Translations under genes and position numbers: made by a program
NCBI GenBank assembly: GCA_037143235.1
Contig: JBAWZC010000006.1
Location: forward strand, 1 to 48,328
Direction of reading: 5' to 3'
Origin: Candidatus Berkelbacteria bacterium
GTDB taxonomy: Bacteria; Patescibacteriota; UBA1384; XYA2-FULL-43-10; 1-14-0-10-43-13
Length of the DNA: 48,328 nucleotides
Notes under the pieces: generated by a model
Databases searched by the model: none
The model's input: only the letters and a program-made list of their open reading frames with translations
What the model was told of the DNA's origin: nothing
Part shown: positions 19,570 to 29,756 of the stretch, piece after piece
Layout of the letters: each line of letters begins with the position of its first letter
Numbering within the stretch: the stretch's first letter is position 1

Positions 19570-22500
19570 ATGTCCATGTCCGACACATCACCACAATTTG
19601 TGCATCTTCACACCCACTCGCATTACTCGATGCTTGACGGTATGGGCAAGATCCCTGACCTCGTCGCCAAAGCCAAAGAACTTGGACAAAAGTCTCTGGC
19701 CCTGACCGATCATGGCGTGATGCATGGTGTAGTTGAGTTCTACGAAGAATGTTTGAAACAAGGTATCAAACCAATCATTGGCTGCGAGATGTATGTCGCG
19801 CCAAGAACGCTTAGAGACAAAACACCGAAGATTGATCAGCATCCCTACCACCTGATTTTACTCGCGAAGAATAACGAAGGTTATAAAAATTTAATTGCCT
19901 TGAGCTCGATTGCACACCTCGAAGGCTATTACTATAAGCCCAGAATAGACAAAGAAACACTCAAAAAGTACAGCAAGGGATTATTTGCCTCTTCGGCCTG
20001 CATTCAGGGGGAAATTCCCCGCAAGGCGATGGAGAGCTACGACCTCGGCAAGCAAACCGTCGAAGAATATATCGATATCTTTGGCAAGGACAATCTGGCC
20101 CTTGAGGTCCAAAAGCACACCTTGGTGGACGACCAAGATAAAATCAATGACCTGATGTTCAAACTAGCCAAAGAATACGACTTGCCAGTGGTCGCAACCA
20201 ATGACATTCATTATGTCGAAAAAACTGACGATGTGGCACAAGATGCTTTGATCTGTTTGCAAACGGGTCGCCAAATGGCTGACAGCAACCGCCTAACTAT
20301 GGTTGGCGATAATTATTCATTTCTCTCAGGAGATGAGATTGTCGTTAACTTTCCCGAGCATCCAGAGGTTCTAGAAAACACGGTAAAGATAGCCGAAAAG
20401 TGCGATGTTACTATTGAGCTAGGTCAATTCAAATTTCCTGATTTTCCCTTGCCAGATGGCGAGACATACGAGACATATCTCTACAAGATGATATATGACC
20501 GATTAGCCAAAACTGTACCGGAAATTACCCCTGTAATGAGAGAAAGAATCGAATATGAATTTAAAGTTATCAAAGACAAAGGTTATCTTGGTTATTTTCT
20601 AATTGTTCAGGACTTTTTTCATTGGGCCAAAAAAAACAATATCCCGACCAACACAAGGGGATCGGCCGCAGGTTGCTTTGTCTCATATGCTCTAGGCATC
20701 ACTCAAAAGCAGCTAAATCCGTTAGATTTTAACCTCCCATTTGAACGTTTTTTAAATCCATTTCGACCATCAGCGCCCGATATTGATATTGACATTGCTG
20801 ATTCAGGCAGGGACGCCATTATTCACTACGTTTCAGAAAAATATGGCAAAGATCATGTTGCTCAGATCATCACCTTTGGAACAATGGCTGCCCGCATGGC
20901 CGTCCGCGATGTCGGACGAGTCCTTGGCCTAAGTTATAGCGAAGTTGACATTATCGCCAAGCTTATTCCGCCAATAAAAACTACCCTGTCCCAAGCGTTA
21001 GAGACAGTCTCTGAACTGAAAAATCTATACGATTCTAGCCCAGAAACCAAGAAATGCATCGACATTGCTAAAAGACTTGAGGGCGTTGTTCGACATGCCT
21101 CAGTTCATGCCGCTGGTGTAGTCATTTCACCGGAGGTAATTACCAATTACACGCCGATTATGAATGATTCCAAGAAGGACAGGATTATCACCCAATACGA
21201 GATGCACGCGGTTGGCGAAGATGGCATCGGTCTGATCAAAATGGACTTTTTGGGCCTAGCCAACCTTTCAATCATTCAAAATGTTTTGAAAATTGTTCGT
21301 AAAACCAGAGGGATAGAGATCAAGCTCGACGAAATACCGTTGGACAACGAGAAGACTTTCAAATTGCTAGCAAGAGGGGAGACGATTGGCGTTTTTCAGC
21401 TTGAAAGTGAGGGCATGAGAAAAAATATCAAAGAACTACAGCCAACAACGATTCACGACATCATGGCGATGGTTGCGCTTTATAGACCAGGTCCGATGGC
21501 CTTTATTCCGGAATACATCCGGCGCAAGCACAACCCAGCATCGATTGTCTATCCTGATCCCAGACTTAAAAATATCTTAGCCAATTCCCATGGACTAATT
21601 GTTTATCAAGACGATGTATTGATGATTGCAATCGAGCTGGCCGGTTACAACTGGATGGAGGTTGATAAATTTAGAAAAGCTATTGGTAAAAAAATTGTGG
21701 CCGAAATGGGTGCTCAGAAAGAAAAATTCTTCAAACAAATCATCGAAAGGGGGATGGAGGAGAGCGTCGCAACTCAGATATGGGAACAGATTGAGACTTT
21801 TGCTGGCTATGGCTTCAACAAGGCTCACGCCGCTAGCTATGGACTCGTGGCATACCAAACAGCATATCTGAAGTCGAACTATCCGCCAGAATATATGTCG
21901 GCGCTGATGACCTCCAACAAAGACGACTTGGACAAACTAGCAATGGAGATCGATGAGTGCACCCGGATGGGTATCAAAGTACTGCCACCATCAGTAAATG
22001 AATCATTTGTCGATTTTGGTGTTGTCGTGGATACTGGCAATGTCCGTTTTGGCCTCTCGGCTGTCAAAAATGTTGGCAAGGCCGTTGCCGAGGAAATTGT
22101 CCGAGAAAGGGAGAGTGGGGGAGTCTTTAAAGATTTGCCAAGCTTACTGACTCGATTGAACGAGAAGGTCATTAACAAAAAGTCTCTTGAGTCTTTGGTA
22201 ATGTCTGGCGCACTCGACGATTTGGTTGAACGAGCTGAGGCACTTTACAATATGCCAAAAATACTCGAGTTTTCCTCGCAAATACGCAAAAACAAATCAG
22301 CGAACCAAAATTCGCTTTTTGGTGACGACATTGCTGTCGAAGCAAAACTGAACCTCGAAACGACAAAACCAGCACCGAAAAAACTGAGATTACAGTGGGA
22401 AAGGGAACTGCTCGGCATCTATGTCTCCGAGCATCCATTGACTGATGCCATGCACCTGATCGAACCAAATCGATCAATTAAACTCTCAGAACTCAAAGAT

Positions 22501-23115
22501 GGGGAAGAGGGCCAGTTTGTCCGAGTCTGTGGTATCGTGACCACAATTCAAAAGATCCTGACCAGAAACAAAGATCAAATGTTTTTTGTCCGTATGGAAG
22601 ACTCAGTTGTTAACTGTGAAGTCTTGATATTCCCGAAAATTTTGGAAAAATACCGAGACACGATTGCCAGTGACAAAATTATTACCGTCGATGGCTTTTT
22701 GAGTTTCAAAGACGGATCAGCAAAAATATTGGCCGATGAAATATATGAGGTCACAGAGACAGCCAGAATCCCCGAATTTATTCCGAGAGAAAAAAGACGG
22801 AATGGCTATGGCTACAAAAATAATAATGGAGGTGGGGGAGGACAAACTCAAACTTTTGTTCCTGGTGCGCCACTACCAAAACATGAGATCCACTCATTCA
22901 AAATCATTATCCCCAAAGGCTCATCCAAGGACATTCTCGGCCATATCAAATTAATTTTGACTCAATATGGAGGGGACACACCAGTGACACTATCTATGCC
23001 CAACAACGGCTCGGGATTCAAAGATGTGGTAACTAGTGCAAAAGTTGATGTCGGTCCAGTTTTAGCCAATAAAATAAAAGACATTGTCGGCAAAGACAAT
23101 GTCGTCATAAACTAA
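19570..23115 (+). CDS. dnaE: DNA polymerase III alpha subunit
   Basis: PHP domain HLHTHSHYS and TDHG; RGSAAG; PDIDID catalytic motif; GYGFNKAHA; OB fold. Confidence 0.98.
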   Translation: MSMSDTSPQFVHLHTHSHYSMLDGMGKIPDLVAKAKELGQKSLALTDHGVMHGVVEFYEECLKQGIKPIIGCEMYVAPRTLRDKTPKIDQHPYHLILLAKNNEGYKNLIALSSIAHLEGYYYKPRIDKETLKKYSKGLFASSACIQGEIPRKAMESYDLGKQTVEEYIDIFGKDNLALEVQKHTLVDDQDKINDLMFKLAKEYDLPVVATNDIHYVEKTDDVAQDALICLQTGRQMADSNRLTMVGDNYSFLSGDEIVVNFPEHPEVLENTVKIAEKCDVTIELGQFKFPDFPLPDGETYETYLYKMIYDRLAKTVPEITPVMRERIEYEFKVIKDKGYLGYFLIVQDFFHWAKKNNIPTNTRGSAAGCFVSYALGITQKQLNPLDFNLPFERFLNPFRPSAPDIDIDIADSGRDAIIHYVSEKYGKDHVAQIITFGTMAARMAVRDVGRVLGLSYSEVDIIAKLIPPIKTTLSQALETVSELKNLYDSSPETKKCIDIAKRLEGVVRHASVHAAGVVISPEVITNYTPIMNDSKKDRIITQYEMHAVGEDGIGLIKMDFLGLANLSIIQNVLKIVRKTRGIEIKLDEIPLDNEKTFKLLARGETIGVFQLESEGMRKNIKELQPTTIHDIMAMVALYRPGPMAFIPEYIRRKHNPASIVYPDPRLKNILANSHGLIVYQDDVLMIAIELAGYNWMEVDKFRKAIGKKIVAEMGAQKEKFFKQIIERGMEESVATQIWEQIETFAGYGFNKAHAASYGLVAYQTAYLKSNYPPEYMSALMTSNKDDLDKLAMEIDECTRMGIKVLPPSVNESFVDFGVVVDTGNVRFGLSAVKNVGKAVAEEIVRERESGGVFKDLPSLLTRLNEKVINKKSLESLVMSGALDDLVERAEALYNMPKILEFSSQIRKNKSANQNSLFGDDIAVEAKLNLETTKPAPKKLRLQWERELLGIYVSEHPLTDAMHLIEPNRSIKLSELKDGEEGQFVRVCGIVTTIQKILTRNKDQMFFVRMEDSVVNCEVLIFPKILEKYRDTIASDKIITVDGFLSFKDGSAKILADEIYEVTETARIPEFIPREKRRNGYGYKNNNGGGGGQTQTFVPGAPLPKHEIHSFKIIIPKGSSKDILGHIKLILTQYGGDTPVTLSMPNNGSGFKDVVTSAKVDVGPVLANKIKDIVGKDNVVIN

Positions 23116-23128
23116 AGAGCTACCACCG

Positions 23129-23629
23129 TCATTTCTGATAAGTTCTAGTGATCAGCTGCTGAATATCGTATGGATCAGCAATGTTTTTGATGACAAGCTC
23201 TGTTCCAGTACCAGCACCAGCTGTTCTGATGATCAAATCTCCAAAATGCAACATCATCTTCGCCAGCCCTTCAGACTCAGAAGAAATATCCTGAATATTG
23301 CGATGATCTAGTTCAGTAATCTTTCTAGAAAAGAAGCCTTTCTGGTTGATGCTGAAGAGCCTTTGGTTTGTAATGACCAATATGCTCTCTTTGAAACTAT
23401 AAAATGCAGCAGAAAAGAGCCAGATGCCAATCAAAGCCATCACAACAGCCAGCGGCATTAGAAAATTGACCCAAGAGTACATCGGTGAAAAGATCCAGAT
23501 CGCGGTTGCGCCAGAAAATAATAAAACGGTTTTGATACCCGGCAGATACAGAACATACGGATGATTGTTTACTACATCAATCACTTCCTCACCATCACGC
23601 TGACCATTGAACACAAAATCTTTTTTCAT
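23129..23629 (-). CDS. Membrane protein with bacterial PH domain
   Basis: Two TM helices followed by the ITNQRL...IQDI...FGDLIIRTAG pattern. Confidence 0.75.
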   Translation of the reverse strand: MKKDFVFNGQRDGEEVIDVVNNHPYVLYLPGIKTVLLFSGATAIWIFSPMYSWVNFLMPLAVVMALIGIWLFSAAFYSFKESILVITNQRLFSINQKGFFSRKITELDHRNIQDISSESEGLAKMMLHFGDLIIRTAGAGTGTELVIKNIADPYDIQQLITRTYQK

Positions 23630-24723
23630 ATTTTCCCCGCTAATTTTTGAGCTTTCCTTCTCAAAAGATAAAGGACAAAGAACAATAACAAGACCAGCAC
23701 ACTCATAGCAATAATTTTGTACGAGGTTGTCGACTGAATCGCGACGAAAGCAAACAGTACCGCAACGAGATACATCACGGAAACAGTCGCCCGCGTCGAG
23801 AAACCTGCACCCAAAAACTTATGATGCAAATGTGTTTTGTCAGCGGTTGTGAATGGATTTTTCCGCCGGATCATACGGCTAACCACTACATAGATACCAT
23901 CGACGATAGGGAAGCCCATGACCAGAAAAACTGTTGCCAACTTGCCCCCAGAGATCAGAGGCAAGATGCCCAACATAAAACCAAGAAACATACTACCGGT
24001 ATCACCCATAAATATTTTGGCTGGATTGAAATTGAAAACCAAAAACCCTCCAACTGCGCCGAAAAGAATCGCACAAATAAGAGCGACTGGTGGCTGATCT
24101 AAATTTGTCGCCAAGATAAAAATGGTCGCACAAGCAATCATCACAAGTCCGCCCGCCAGACCATCAAGCCCGTCAACAAAATTGATAATGTTCATCATCA
24201 GGACGACCCAGAGAACAGTCAAGACACTGGATAATATTGAAAAATGTATTATCGAGCCATGAAGACTGATCAACCCAATATAGTATTTATTTAAATCAAA
24301 ATCGCCACCAAGCGGATTGGTCAATTTGTCCAAACCGATACCAAATGCGACAGCGATAACTCCGACGCAAATCTGAACCAAAAACTTCTGCCATGATTTC
24401 ATCCCAAAAAGATCATCGTACAGCATCGTCACTAGGATTATCGCCGCAGCCAAAAATATTCCAAGTAATTTGTAGGCACCTAAAATATTCCTATCAGGCA
24501 AAAAATTATAACTAGGGGAGACAAAGTAAAAGAAAATTATTGCGGTCAGCAAAAACGAAAAAATAATAGCCAGTCCACCAAGCTTGGGCATCGCTTTAGT
24601 ATGAACATCACGTTTTCTCGGTCGAGCCAAGATCTTGTTATCCCGAGCAAATGAAATCAGCTGGCTCGTCAGCAGCAGAGAGATTCCAAAGGAAGCCAGC
24701 AAAGAAAGTATGTAAATGATCAT
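23626..24723 (-). CDS. MraY/WecA/TagO family undecaprenyl-phosphate GlcNAc-1-P transferase
   Basis: DD motif, NFVDGLDGLA, FNFNPAKIFMGDTGS, HLHH. Confidence 0.93.
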   Translation of the reverse strand: MIIYILSLLASFGISLLLTSQLISFARDNKILARPRKRDVHTKAMPKLGGLAIIFSFLLTAIIFFYFVSPSYNFLPDRNILGAYKLLGIFLAAAIILVTMLYDDLFGMKSWQKFLVQICVGVIAVAFGIGLDKLTNPLGGDFDLNKYYIGLISLHGSIIHFSILSSVLTVLWVVLMMNIINFVDGLDGLAGGLVMIACATIFILATNLDQPPVALICAILFGAVGGFLVFNFNPAKIFMGDTGSMFLGFMLGILPLISGGKLATVFLVMGFPIVDGIYVVVSRMIRRKNPFTTADKTHLHHKFLGAGFSTRATVSVMYLVAVLFAFVAIQSTTSYKIIAMSVLVLLLFFVLYLLRRKAQKLAGKI

Positions 24724-24766
24724 TGTAATTGATATTTATGACAGAGAAGCCAAAATATTTTAATAA

Positions 24767-25375
24767 TTACGGAAACATAATTTCATGATCACCACGATCA
24801 TAATCAAATATTTCTTCCTGTGAAAACCAATGAGCAATTTCATTTTTTGCCTCTTCGGGATTTTCAGAAGCGTGCATAATGTTTTTTATTGCTCTTTTGG
24901 CAATGTTCGCTGCAGCAGGGGAGTCAACAGAAAAGTCACCTCTCACGGTACCGATATCTGCCTTGTTTGGCAAGGTATGACCAGCAATCTTACGCACCAT
25001 ATCAATCGCATGAACACCTTCAACGACCATCGCCACAACAGGAGCCTCAACCATATAATTAACCAGCCATTCACGAACCATCTGACCCGCTTCAAGTTTA
25101 CTATTCGTGCCCATCACCTCCATTGGATCAATGCCATACTCTTCGAATAGAGTAAAACCCTTGTTTCCCAAGCGCTCGATCCAAGTAACATCTGTTGGAT
25201 AATGTTTGTCGATGTGCTCGATTGATGGTTTTACCATCTTCATAGCGACGATCTTCAAGCCTCTTTTTTCGAGACGGCCAACCACTTCGCCGATCAATCC
25301 TCGCTGGACACCATCTGGTTTCATCATTACAAAAGTCTGTTCGAGAGCTACTGCTGGAATGTTTGTCTTGGACAT
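24767..25375 (-). CDS. ndk: Nucleoside diphosphate kinase
   Basis: KPDGVQRGLIGE, GTVRGDF, NIMHAS active-site motif. Confidence 0.95.
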   Translation of the reverse strand: MSKTNIPAVALEQTFVMMKPDGVQRGLIGEVVGRLEKRGLKIVAMKMVKPSIEHIDKHYPTDVTWIERLGNKGFTLFEEYGIDPMEVMGTNSKLEAGQMVREWLVNYMVEAPVVAMVVEGVHAIDMVRKIAGHTLPNKADIGTVRGDFSVDSPAAANIAKRAIKNIMHASENPEEAKNEIAHWFSQEEIFDYDRGDHEIMFP

Positions 25376-25382
25376 TTTTCTC

Positions 25383-26660
25383 CTAGAAATCCATTATTAT
25401 TTTTTTGATATCACTATCATCACTTTTCTTTGTTACCACAGAAACTGTTAATCTCTCAGGTAGAAAATACTTTTTGGTTGTTTCCAGTATATCACTAGCA
25501 GTAATTTTTTGATATTTCTTCAAAATAGCCTCGGGCGACAGACCATCACCAGCCATTAACTCATTCATCGCAAAATAATTAGCAACATTTTCCGAATCTT
25601 CGAAAGATATCGCTAGTTTGCTTGAAATGATTTCAAGAGCAATCTTCATCTCCTCTGCAGTCACCAACTCAGTCGAGATTCGACGATATTCCTGCAAGAT
25701 TAGAGCAGTTGCTTTTTCCAAATTTTGGTCAGCGACTCCAGCGACCGTATCGAAGACTCCAGTTTCACGATAACTTCCAAAAGAGCTGCGAATAGTATAT
25801 GCCAACCCATTCTTTTCTCTAACTTCAGAAAACATTCTTGAACTCATTGAACCGCCCAGCAAAACAGAGATAAATTTAAGAATAAATCGGTCTTCATTGT
25901 CATATCCAGCAGCACGAAATCCAATCATCAGATGAGACTGTTCGATTGGCTTGGTCACAAAGCTGATGACCTTTTTATCCTGATCGCGACATTTTTCAGT
26001 CTTTTTGATCGACTCATGGCCTAAAATCAGATTGTCTTCAATATATTTGATCAAGTCACTTCGCTGTTTGCCGATATTGCCAGACAAAACAAAAACCGCA
26101 TTTTTGAAATTGTAATGCGTTTTTTTATAATCAAATAGGTCTTCCGAGCTAATCGCTCGAATCGCCGTCTTTGTCCCGATCGTATCTCGACCAAGTGCAT
26201 CATCACAGAACATCACCTGCTCGAAACGACTCGCGACGACTTCAGAGGGCATATCTTCGTACATATCGTACTCTTGCAAGATAACTTCTCTTTCGCGATC
26301 AAGCTCTTCACTAATAAATAGAGGATTTGACAGGAGCTCGACCAAATATTGAACACCCAAAATAGCATTTTCGGCCCTGAGCTTGATATAATATCCGGTA
26401 TATTCTTTCGAAGTAAAAGCATTGAAATCCCCGCCAAGCGAGTCAATATGTTTCGCCAACAAGGTTGCAGTCGGAAACTTCTTCGTGCCCTTGAAAAACA
26501 TATGCTCTAGCACATGTGAAATCCCCGCAAATTTCTCAGCCTCGTGACGGCTACCAGTACCAAATAAAAGCAAACAAGTCGCCACACTGGTCGACTCATT
26601 TGGGACAGTCAGGACTCGCAAACCATTATCCAAGACATTTTTTTCGCAGCTATAGTCCAC
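25383..26660 (-). CDS. M16 family (pitrilysin) zinc peptidase
   Basis: HVLEHMFFKGT inverted zinc motif, NAFTS, VREKNGLAY. Confidence 0.93.
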   Translation of the reverse strand: MDYSCEKNVLDNGLRVLTVPNESTSVATCLLLFGTGSRHEAEKFAGISHVLEHMFFKGTKKFPTATLLAKHIDSLGGDFNAFTSKEYTGYYIKLRAENAILGVQYLVELLSNPLFISEELDREREVILQEYDMYEDMPSEVVASRFEQVMFCDDALGRDTIGTKTAIRAISSEDLFDYKKTHYNFKNAVFVLSGNIGKQRSDLIKYIEDNLILGHESIKKTEKCRDQDKKVISFVTKPIEQSHLMIGFRAAGYDNEDRFILKFISVLLGGSMSSRMFSEVREKNGLAYTIRSSFGSYRETGVFDTVAGVADQNLEKATALILQEYRRISTELVTAEEMKIALEIISSKLAISFEDSENVANYFAMNELMAGDGLSPEAILKKYQKITASDILETTKKYFLPERLTVSVVTKKSDDSDIKKIIMDF

Positions 26661-26814
26661 GAATCTCCAATAGATTATTGTCTATTTAAACACCTTTTTA
26701 AATGACTAAACGAATAACTGGCTAGATACAATAACCAAGTAACAATAACCAGTTAATAACTAATAATCAAATATTCAATCAATGAATAAGTGACTAAATC
26801 TCAGCTCTCAAACT

Positions 26815-26890
26815 TGGTACCCGCAGAAGGAATCGGACCTTCGGCCTCACGGACCGCAACCGTGCGCTCTATCCACTGAGCTATGCGGGC
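26815..26890 (-). tRNA. tRNA-Arg(GCG)
   Basis: GCCCGCA...TGCGGGT-ACCA; anticodon arm CACGG-TT-GCG-GT-CCGTG; T-loop reads TCCGATT. Confidence 0.9.
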
Positions 26891-26912
26891 AAATAATTTC
26901 ATTCAAGGAAAG

Positions 26913-26945
26913 CTGTTTTCTGTTTTCTGTTTTCTGTTTTCTGTC
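26913..26945. repeat. Heptamer tandem repeat (TGTTTTC)n
   Basis: About 4 tandem units. Confidence 0.8.
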
Positions 26946-26962
26946 CAACTGTCTAACTTTTT

Positions 26963-27460
26963 CTAAAACCTCATCCACCTATTCACTCTATCAACGATGT
27001 CCTCACCTCGATCGTCACCCTGAGTCAAATGTTTTTTCAACTCAGCAACTGTGGCCTCCACCTGATCATCAGCAACTGGCATCACGATCAAACGACTCAA
27101 AAAACCCGGTCGCTCGAAAACTATCTTGACTATATCGCCAACAGCAATGTGAAAACTCTTCAACTCTTCATATTTGTGGACGATGCCATCCACTACTATG
27201 CCAGAGGCATAAACCTGAGACTTGATAGTCTTTGGCTTTGTCTTGGACATCATCAGGAACAAAATCAAAGTCGCAATTGTGAATATAGCACCACTGATAT
27301 TTTGTTGCCAGTAGAAAAACGCTGACAAGGCTACTGCAACGACAATAATCACCACATACCAGCCTGTACTACGCTCATAAGCGACAAAGTCACTCTCTTC
27401 AATCTCGATCAGTGGTTTTTCCTCCACTTTCTCAGATTTTTCCACTTCTTGCTCTGCCAT
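26963..27460 (-). CDS. Conserved CPR-type two-TM membrane protein
   Basis: ERSxxWY followed by two TM helices and a PH-like C-terminal segment. Confidence 0.7.
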   Translation of the reverse strand: MAEQEVEKSEKVEEKPLIEIEESDFVAYERSTGWYVVIIVVAVALSAFFYWQQNISGAIFTIATLILFLMMSKTKPKTIKSQVYASGIVVDGIVHKYEELKSFHIAVGDIVKIVFERPGFLSRLIVMPVADDQVEATVAELKKHLTQGDDRGEDIVDRVNRWMRF

Positions 27461-27541
27461 GACACCCCCGTCCTGTTTAGTTAAACCAGATCAATTTAAC
27501 ACATATCCTCTCACACCTTCAAACTACAAACCTATAATATC

Positions 27542-27575
27542 AAAAAAACAGCCACTTGAGTAGATAGCTGTTTTG
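27542..27575 (-). terminator. Probable terminator after brnTA
   Basis: AAAAACAGC...GCTGTTTTTTT stem with U-tract. Confidence 0.55.
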
Positions 27576-27623
27576 AGAGCAAAAATCATGGATCTGTGAT
27601 CAATAGCACAAAAAGCAATAAAT

Positions 27624-27905
27624 CTAATCACAAACCTTCGCGCGCGACTTTTCTTTTCTTAGTGATTGATCTAGGTATTTTTTGATCAAAGATTGATATG
27701 GAATATCGAGCCTATTTGCTTCAACTTTTAGTTCGTCAATCAAAAATTGAGGCAATCGTATCGAAATCAACCGTAGTGTCGGCTTCAAATTTGGAAAATT
27801 TCCCGAACGCGCTTTTCGCCAATCCAAGAAATCAGCAGAATCATTTTCCTGCCAGAACTTTTCCTCTTCGTTCTTGTCTTCAAATTTTGGAATTTCTTTT
27901 TTCAT
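27624..27905 (-). CDS. brnA: BrnA/CopG-like antitoxin
   Basis: IPKFxxxxEExxFW...ISIRL...IPYQSLIK; overlaps the toxin gene. Confidence 0.85.
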   Translation of the reverse strand: MKKEIPKFEDKNEEEKFWQENDSADFLDWRKARSGNFPNLKPTLRLISIRLPQFLIDELKVEANRLDIPYQSLIKKYLDQSLRKEKSRAKVCD

Positions 27906-28209
27906 CGTGTTTAAAATTATTATAAATTTTTCTTTCTTTGTGGCTAGCCACTCTAGAAGAAATTACTCTTATCTTATCGCCACGAATCGTGAAAACTATA
28001 AATATTACTCTGCCTGTTTCGGTTTCTCCCAGTAAAAAATATCTAGCTTCAGATGTGCTATGATGATCATCTGGCAAAACAAGATTTGGATTGAAAAACA
28101 CTTCTTCTGATTCTGAGTTTGTAATTTTATGCTTAATCAAATTCTTCTCGATATTTCCGGCATCCCAGTCAAACTCAGTTAACTTTTCCAACTTTTTGTA
28201 TATATCCAT
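27880..28209 (-). CDS. brnT: BrnT family ribonuclease toxin
   Basis: FDWDxGNxxKNxxKH...EEVF...ExRY...IRVISSR...KERKIY. Confidence 0.9.
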   Translation of the reverse strand: MDIYKKLEKLTEFDWDAGNIEKNLIKHKITNSESEEVFFNPNLVLPDDHHSTSEARYFLLGETETGRVIFIVFTIRGDKIRVISSRVASHKERKIYNNFKHDEKRNSKI

Positions 28210-28289
28210 TATATACCAATATTTATTATTATGTCAAGAACATTATAACACTAATAACAAAAAATCCACCAATTTCACACTCTGCCCCT

Positions 28290-28324
28290 GTCATTTCGAC
28301 TCCCCATAGGGGGCGGAGAAATCT
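28290..28324. repeat. GTCATTTCGAC...GGAGAAATCT half-element
   Basis: Same ends as the element at 4042-4068. Confidence 0.65.
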
Positions 28325-28335
28325 TATGTAATCGG

Positions 28336-28379
28336 CAACAAAAAAGCCGCTCAAAATATTGAACGGTTTTTTTGTTTTG
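28336..28379. terminator. Bidirectional intrinsic terminator closing the accessory island
   Basis: CAAAAAAGCCGCTCAA-AATA-TTGAACGGTTTTTTTG, with A/U tracts on both sides. Confidence 0.75.
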
Positions 28380-28496
28380 ATCTGCAAGCAATAGTGCAGG
28401 AGTTGGCAACTTAATGCCGGCTCAATTGAGACGAAGCTCTTTTAAGGCGGCTAAGCCGCCACACCATCACTCACAGATCAAAGAATTCTATGCGAT

Positions 28497-28532
28497 GTCA
28501 TCCTGAGCGACTGCAAGGAGACGCGAGGATCT
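28497..28532. repeat. GTCATCCTGAGCG...GGATCT palindromic element
   Basis: Same GTCAT...ATCT frame as the other dispersed elements. Confidence 0.6.
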
Positions 28533-28585
28533 ATTTAAATTTTGGGGGCGTACCAGTGTTTTGTACACAGTACGCCCCAATGTTT

Positions 28586-28891
28586 TTACTCCTCCTTTTC
28601 GGCATCACACACATGCTCAGGGCAAAGCATGTCGGTGATGCAACCGTCGTCCACCAGCACGGCATGCGGGTCTTGTTTGACCCAGCCGGCTGGTATATGC
28701 CAGTCGCGAACAATGCCCCTCACTGGGCAACATGAGTAGCAACACTCGATCACGAATGTGCCACTGACAGTCTGTCTAGAGATCTTCTCTTCTAGACGTC
28801 TGACCTCTCGCCTTGCGGCATAGAGATCTTGGTGGTCTTGATCCCATTTTTCCAAAATAGAATCTTCCACCTGTTCCACCTGCTTCCCCAT
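28586..28891 (-). CDS. Hypothetical protein, coiled coil plus Cys/His-rich C-terminus
   Basis: Strong SD (AAGGAG...GAAGGAA); CCYSCC, H, C and CPEHVC residues; TAA stop followed by a hairpin. Confidence 0.7.
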   Translation of the reverse strand: MGKQVEQVEDSILEKWDQDHQDLYAARREVRRLEEKISRQTVSGTFVIECCYSCCPVRGIVRDWHIPAGWVKQDPHAVLVDDGCITDMLCPEHVCDAEKEE

Positions 28892-29009
28892 TTCCTTCTC
28901 CTCCTTTTTTTGTTTTTGCGCCCTAAAAGTTAAAATAATTTAACATTCCAGAGCACAAAGTGGAAAATACCATTTATTGACGATCCCTACAAGCCTACTA
29001 ACTGGATTT

Positions 29010-29068
29010 CCTTTTCGTCTTAATTTTCAAAGACTCATCAGCCCACCTTCGAACACTGGTGGGAAAGG
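29010..29068 (-). ncRNA. Hammerhead ribozyme, type III (copy A)
   Basis: Minus strand: CCUU-U^-CCCACC-AGUGUUCGAA-GGUGGG-CUGAUGA-GUCUU-UGAAAAUU-AAGAC-GAAA-AGG. Full catalytic core; stems I (6 bp), II (5 bp), III (4 bp); predicted cut at 29064/29063 after UUU. Confidence 0.85.
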
Positions 29069-29253
29069 TCCTCTCACCCTTCCGAAGAAGGGTGAGAGAC
29101 GGATATTTTGTATTCATCTCAAATACTTAAGGCTCTGCCGCCTTGCCTCACAACTACACTCCTCAATTTAATGACGAGCGGATGCCTTTTGGACATTACG
29201 CATGTGACTCGGATAGTTTTCTCGGATATCAGCCGTTTATTACCCAGCCGATT

Positions 29254-29568
29254 TTACTCGGCTGGGAATTCGATGTCTGCCTCGGAGAAACGCTGGACAT
29301 CTCCTCGGCGAATAGCCGTGATCTGGTAAGGGCCGACCCCTACCAGAATAAAGCCCGTCTGGGCATTGTCGCGCCACCACGGGACTCGCGCGATCAGTGC
29401 GTCGGCTTCCGTGCCGATCATTTTGAAATTTGACGGCACTGTTGCCGTCGTGAGCTGGTTAATCCAGCTCTCATGTTCCGGGCACCCGTAGGTGCTTTCT
29501 CCAACCCCCGTTAAGGAATCGGCTGGAACCGTATATAAACGGTTCCGGAACTTAATATTTCGGGTCAT
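29254..29568 (-). CDS. Hypothetical protein (104 aa)
   Basis: SD AAGGAGGG-TCATC-ATG; stop codon lies in a hairpin loop; no family recognised. Confidence 0.75.
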   Translation of the reverse strand: MTRNIKFRNRLYTVPADSLTGVGESTYGCPEHESWINQLTTATVPSNFKMIGTEADALIARVPWWRDNAQTGFILVGVGPYQITAIRRGDVQRFSEADIEFPAE

Positions 29569-29756
29569 GATGACCCTCCTTCTGTTCCATTCTTTTTTCT
29601 CTGGAACGATTTTTCGCCGTTTGGTCCGGCGTGGATAAGTTAAAATTTAACTCAACACATGCCAAACTAAAAACAAGTTTGAGACTGTTATGTATGAAAC
29701 AGAACAGTAGTAATAATTTTTGTCTTTGTTCGAATATTAAGTAAATATCGACTCTA

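Noticed and set aside
19570-23115. Intein or intron in dnaE
   Set aside because: Normal length (1181 aa), contiguous motifs, no splice-junction signatures.
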